Virus record (IMG/VR): IMGVR_UViG_3300005325_000020
Span: 1-26,166 of that record
Reading direction: 5' to 3' (one strand)
Length of the DNA: 26,166 nt
Source: a virus
Lineage: Duplodnaviria; Caudoviricetes
Shown piece by piece: positions 24,201-26,166 of the stretch (the first letter of the stretch is position 1; the number at the start of each line of letters is the position of its first letter). Both the position numbers and the translations under genes were made by a program. The notes below the pieces were generated by a model. It was not told where the DNA came from. It made no database searches and saw only the letters and a list, made by a program, of their open reading frames with translations.

Positions 24201-24761
24201 GAGGACATGGTGTTGATCTCCGAGGCTCAGATCAACGGCCTGATCCGCACCGTCGGACCGCTGACGCACAGCTATTCGGCCAACGTCACCCAGGTTTCGA
24301 GCGCCCTGATTTTCGGCGACCTCGCCGCCCGCATCGTCCGGAGTTACACCCAGAAAACCTGGGATTCCGTGTGGCGCGATGCCCGCAGCGGTGACGATAC
24401 CACGGCACGGTATAACGATCTGCTCTATCCAATCGAGCTGACCAATAAAGGCAGCATCGCCCAGCGCTGGGCCATCATTTTCACCAGCGCCACGGCATTC
24501 AACGTGGTTTCGGAAAACATGGGCGTGTTGGCCACGGGCAACACCAGCTCGGATGTGGCCCTTATCAACCCGTTCACCGGCGTCCCCTATTTCCGCATCG
24601 ATTACCGGGGATGGGGCACCGGCTGGGCCACGGGCAACGTGTTCCGTTTCGACACCAGCGCCGCCAATGCCCCCATGTGGCTGGCGCGCACCACCATGCA
24701 GGGCGCCGTGGAAGCGCCGACTGATGAGTTTGTGATCCAGATTCGAGGAGCCGCCAACTGA
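21216..24761 (+). CDS. Large tail tip/baseplate-like protein (1181 aa)
   Basis: MSIAKTDIKLMASERLTD..DGGG...NNLFPDISPLDR; repeated G(T/Y)(V/I)(D/N)YxxG motifs; PIRLPLDGRVPIF. Confidence 0.85.
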   Translation: MSIAKTDIKLMASERLTDYYDGGGQMTGTEIVDGVVNNLFPDISPLDRVYGRVSILKAFLAVMTANTDMYYGAHAIVTEPPEDDNVHVTLFSTNDFYDERDDAKDRIESYVSIAQELVWRPLNDQLEGQRAITAFARPGTVSPEIGETVVLKNAVNGEMQYVRITELTSTRETFTHSSYGNFEVDLLTIGLSAALQYTFPGIEATPYTTKANTRIHATVVADASSYFGVKKLAQPVSAGAMSFWVDSIYNQLVPTSQVETALVDQLMGGDNVSLIAKGPVGSLTFTGTRSNTANAIHLPEGFRPGSLAIDIIGYDFRDVRGNLVAVDGDGGFTGYVDYASGQITIERATAWSGTVSLTATPACAVATAFVSREIAIELANRAYNYTPNLSGPLPAPGSIIVSYMAQGKWYELYDNGQGVFVGNESGIGTGTVDYASGSAIITLGALPDVGTSIIIQWGHALEISDRRGTTYAEPMMIAHTLPHQGIKPTSVTISWLDGATPKSATDNGNGAFTGDATGTIGYGSGEILFRPAGIPESATEYSIAYQQQTPTTSTIMSVTATDNNLMFVIPHAPLRAGSVAVTYSVNQIKSVKADGTIVKVSRSKKFHDDGLGNMKNGAGTTVGTINYSSGEINVVGLDDYSYKIYGTPVAATGWSMSTYAVPTVTTGNAVQEAPSLVHATYAQDGAATWLPQTDSLAAPALTIELTPTTVETIVPNSVVFAMGGHGWYDDGAGNLYRDRSSSTGVGTIAGTVNYTTGLATLTSYPALSATAVTLTSLLTRDGGFTPDGYVFRTPGAPVRDGSLSLRATQPDGTLITAQAGNDGTIDDTGVAGSIETTVGVTRVRFGEMVTAAGNEAEPWYRAEWVTEGMIWKPAGVLPETALYNCVIYTYLPLDASLLGIEPIRLPLDGRVPIFKAGNVAVIHHTADELMPSPLSSGQVVTLARGSLALCELRDQTGALVNEALYTVNLTAGTVTMANPLDLTGYTQPLVAAHRIEDMVLISEAQINGLIRTVGPLTHSYSANVTQVSSALIFGDLAARIVRSYTQKTWDSVWRDARSGDDTTARYNDLLYPIELTNKGSIAQRWAIIFTSATAFNVVSENMGVLATGNTSSDVALINPFTGVPYFRIDYRGWGTGWATGNVFRFDTSAANAPMWLARTTMQGAVEAPTDEFVIQIRGAAN

Positions 24762-25672
24762 TGACCATTCGCATTTACAAATCCACCGACTCCGGTGCCC
24801 CGCCACATCCGTCCAGCCTGCGCGGGTCCATGGCCGCCCTGCTGCGCGCCTGCCTGGTGACGGGATATGGCGCCATGACCCCGGCCGGGTGGGAAGAGCC
24901 GTTCGCGGAAACCAACAACATCGCGTGTTTCCGCGCGTTGCAAGGCACCGCGCGCCAGTTCTATCAGATCAACGACCGAGACTATGATGCCGACGTGACC
25001 CGCATGACCAGCTATGACAGCATGAGCAGCGTGGAAACGGGAGAAGGCGCGCGAGGCGCGGTCTATTTCGGCAAATGGTATTCAGCGACGGAATCCTTTG
25101 CATGGTTAGTGATCGCCGATGAAAAGACGTGTTATGTCGTGCTCCAACCAGAGGACAATAATATTGTCCATGGGTTCGGCGAATACCTCAGCTTGATCGC
25201 CGACGATCCGTGCCCGGCGTTTATTTCCGGAAGCAGCGATTCAACTAGGCTATCCGACGACGATACCAATATCCCTCTGCATCAAGCATACTCGATTACC
25301 GATACAACCGCCACAACGGGATTTCTCAGGCGCTCTATCTCCGCCAATGCCCACTCCGCGTTTCAGGCAATCAACTACGCCGCGCCAAGCGGTTCGCCAC
25401 TTGGCGGGAGCATCGAATCCTATTTTTCAGGGACGCCCGTCACCGGCGTCGACCTGCTGATGCTGCCGGTAATCGTCAAGGCGATAGCCGACCCACCGGC
25501 TGGGATCACTCAGCCCTGCGGGATCATGCGCGGAATGTATGCCCCGCTGTTTAAAGCAAATTACAGCGGAACATATCTGGTTGGAGGAAAAACCCTATAC
25601 AGTGTGGGCACCGACGCCGGGTTATCCCTGACCGGCCGCGTCCTGTTCGACATTACCGGGCCGTGGGACTGA
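24761..25672 (+). CDS. Putative tail fibre/tip-associated protein
   Basis: YKSTDSGAP...LLRACLVTGYG...AGW N-terminus; coupled to the previous gene. Confidence 0.7.
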   Translation: MTIRIYKSTDSGAPPHPSSLRGSMAALLRACLVTGYGAMTPAGWEEPFAETNNIACFRALQGTARQFYQINDRDYDADVTRMTSYDSMSSVETGEGARGAVYFGKWYSATESFAWLVIADEKTCYVVLQPEDNNIVHGFGEYLSLIADDPCPAFISGSSDSTRLSDDDTNIPLHQAYSITDTTATTGFLRRSISANAHSAFQAINYAAPSGSPLGGSIESYFSGTPVTGVDLLMLPVIVKAIADPPAGITQPCGIMRGMYAPLFKANYSGTYLVGGKTLYSVGTDAGLSLTGRVLFDITGPWD

Positions 25673-25673
25673 T

Positions 25674-26003
25674 ATGGCCGATGTTGTTATTTCCGCCTTG
25701 GTCGTGGCGAATGGAAGTTTTTACGGATCGGCGCCGCACATTCTGGCCGGGCAAACCCTGCTCAACGGATCGCCTGTTTCTCGCCGCGTCGAAGTTCGCC
25801 GACGCATGACCGGAGCCTATGTCATCAGCACGGTCACGGATGCCGGGGTCGGGACGTTCGAATTTCGAGGGCTTCCGGAACAGACCCTCGCCGACCCGTA
25901 CATTATAACTTGTTTCGACGACCGCCCCGAAGGATACGGCAACGCGCTGGTGTGGGATCGGGTCTATCAGGTTGACGACGCCGGGAATCCGCCGCAAACG
26001 TAA
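25674..26003 (+). CDS. Hypothetical tail-region protein (beta-sandwich-like)
   Basis: PVSRRVEV...TVTDAGVGTFEFRGL...NALVWDRV. Confidence 0.7.
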   Translation: MADVVISALVVANGSFYGSAPHILAGQTLLNGSPVSRRVEVRRRMTGAYVISTVTDAGVGTFEFRGLPEQTLADPYIITCFDDRPEGYGNALVWDRVYQVDDAGNPPQT

Positions 26004-26036
26004 CCACCCCCGGCCCCTCCTTATCAAGGAGGGGAG
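26003..26036. repeat. REP-like palindromic element
   Basis: ACCACCCCCGG CCCCTCCTT-ATC-AAGGAGGGG AG. Confidence 0.5.
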
Positions 26037-26061
26037 GAAACCATAGATAAGGGATTGATCC

Positions 26062-26166
26062 ATGCCCGCGACTGAATATCTCGAAACCGCCGTGCTCGGC
26101 CATCTGCTGCGCGGATCGACCTGGGCGAAACCCTCCGGTATCTGGTTGGCCTCGCTGACCGCCCTG
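26062..26166 (+). CDS. 5' end of a phage tail-fibre-family protein (runs out of the window)
   Basis: MPATEYLETAVLGHLLRGSTWAKPSGIWLASLTAL resembles the common 'SDYLENxLLxHxLR...P..YLAL.TA' N-terminus. Confidence 0.65.
   Translation, partial: MPATEYLETAVLGHLLRGSTWAKPSGIWLASLTAL

Larger units (their letters stand above)
1..26166 (+). mobile_element. Temperate siphovirus-like phage/prophage segment (extends beyond both ends)
   Basis: Ordered packaging, head and tail genes on one strand. Confidence 0.93.

Noticed and set aside
5209-24806. Long minus-strand ORFs (e.g. 5209..6933, 10988..12631, 20751..23390)
   Set aside because: Antisense shadows of high-GC3 plus-strand genes with recognisable phage motifs.
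18856-26166. Diversity-generating retroelement targeting tail genes
   Set aside because: No reverse transcriptase and no template/variable repeat pair differing at adenines seen in this window.

Overview
Part of a temperate siphovirus-type (pro)phage, with essentially all genes on the + strand. From ~3.3 kb onward it is a virion morphogenesis operon: terminase small subunit, ParB-domain DNA methylase, GpA-type terminase large subunit, gpW-like protein, lambda-type portal, ClpP-type protease with an internal scaffold start, decoration protein, capsid E, Mu gp36/gp37-like neck proteins, tail tube, frameshifting tail chaperone, tape measure, and tail tip/fibre genes. The most unusual part is the first 3.2 kb, which has the hallmarks of a phage-borne integron. 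It holds five intact attC sites and one degenerate one, two copies of an attI-like site, an internally deleted but in-frame intI, and a duplicated cassette. The attC/attI/intI geometry is canonical when read on the - strand, yet every cassette ORF lies on the + strand. The cargo is therefore inverted relative to ordinary integrons and co-oriented with phage transcription. A second item of note is a small gene between terminase and portal that joins a Cas8c C-terminal (Cas11)-like motif to an HTH domain, a possible anti-CRISPR. All protein assignments come from motif recognition by eye and gene order, not database searches.
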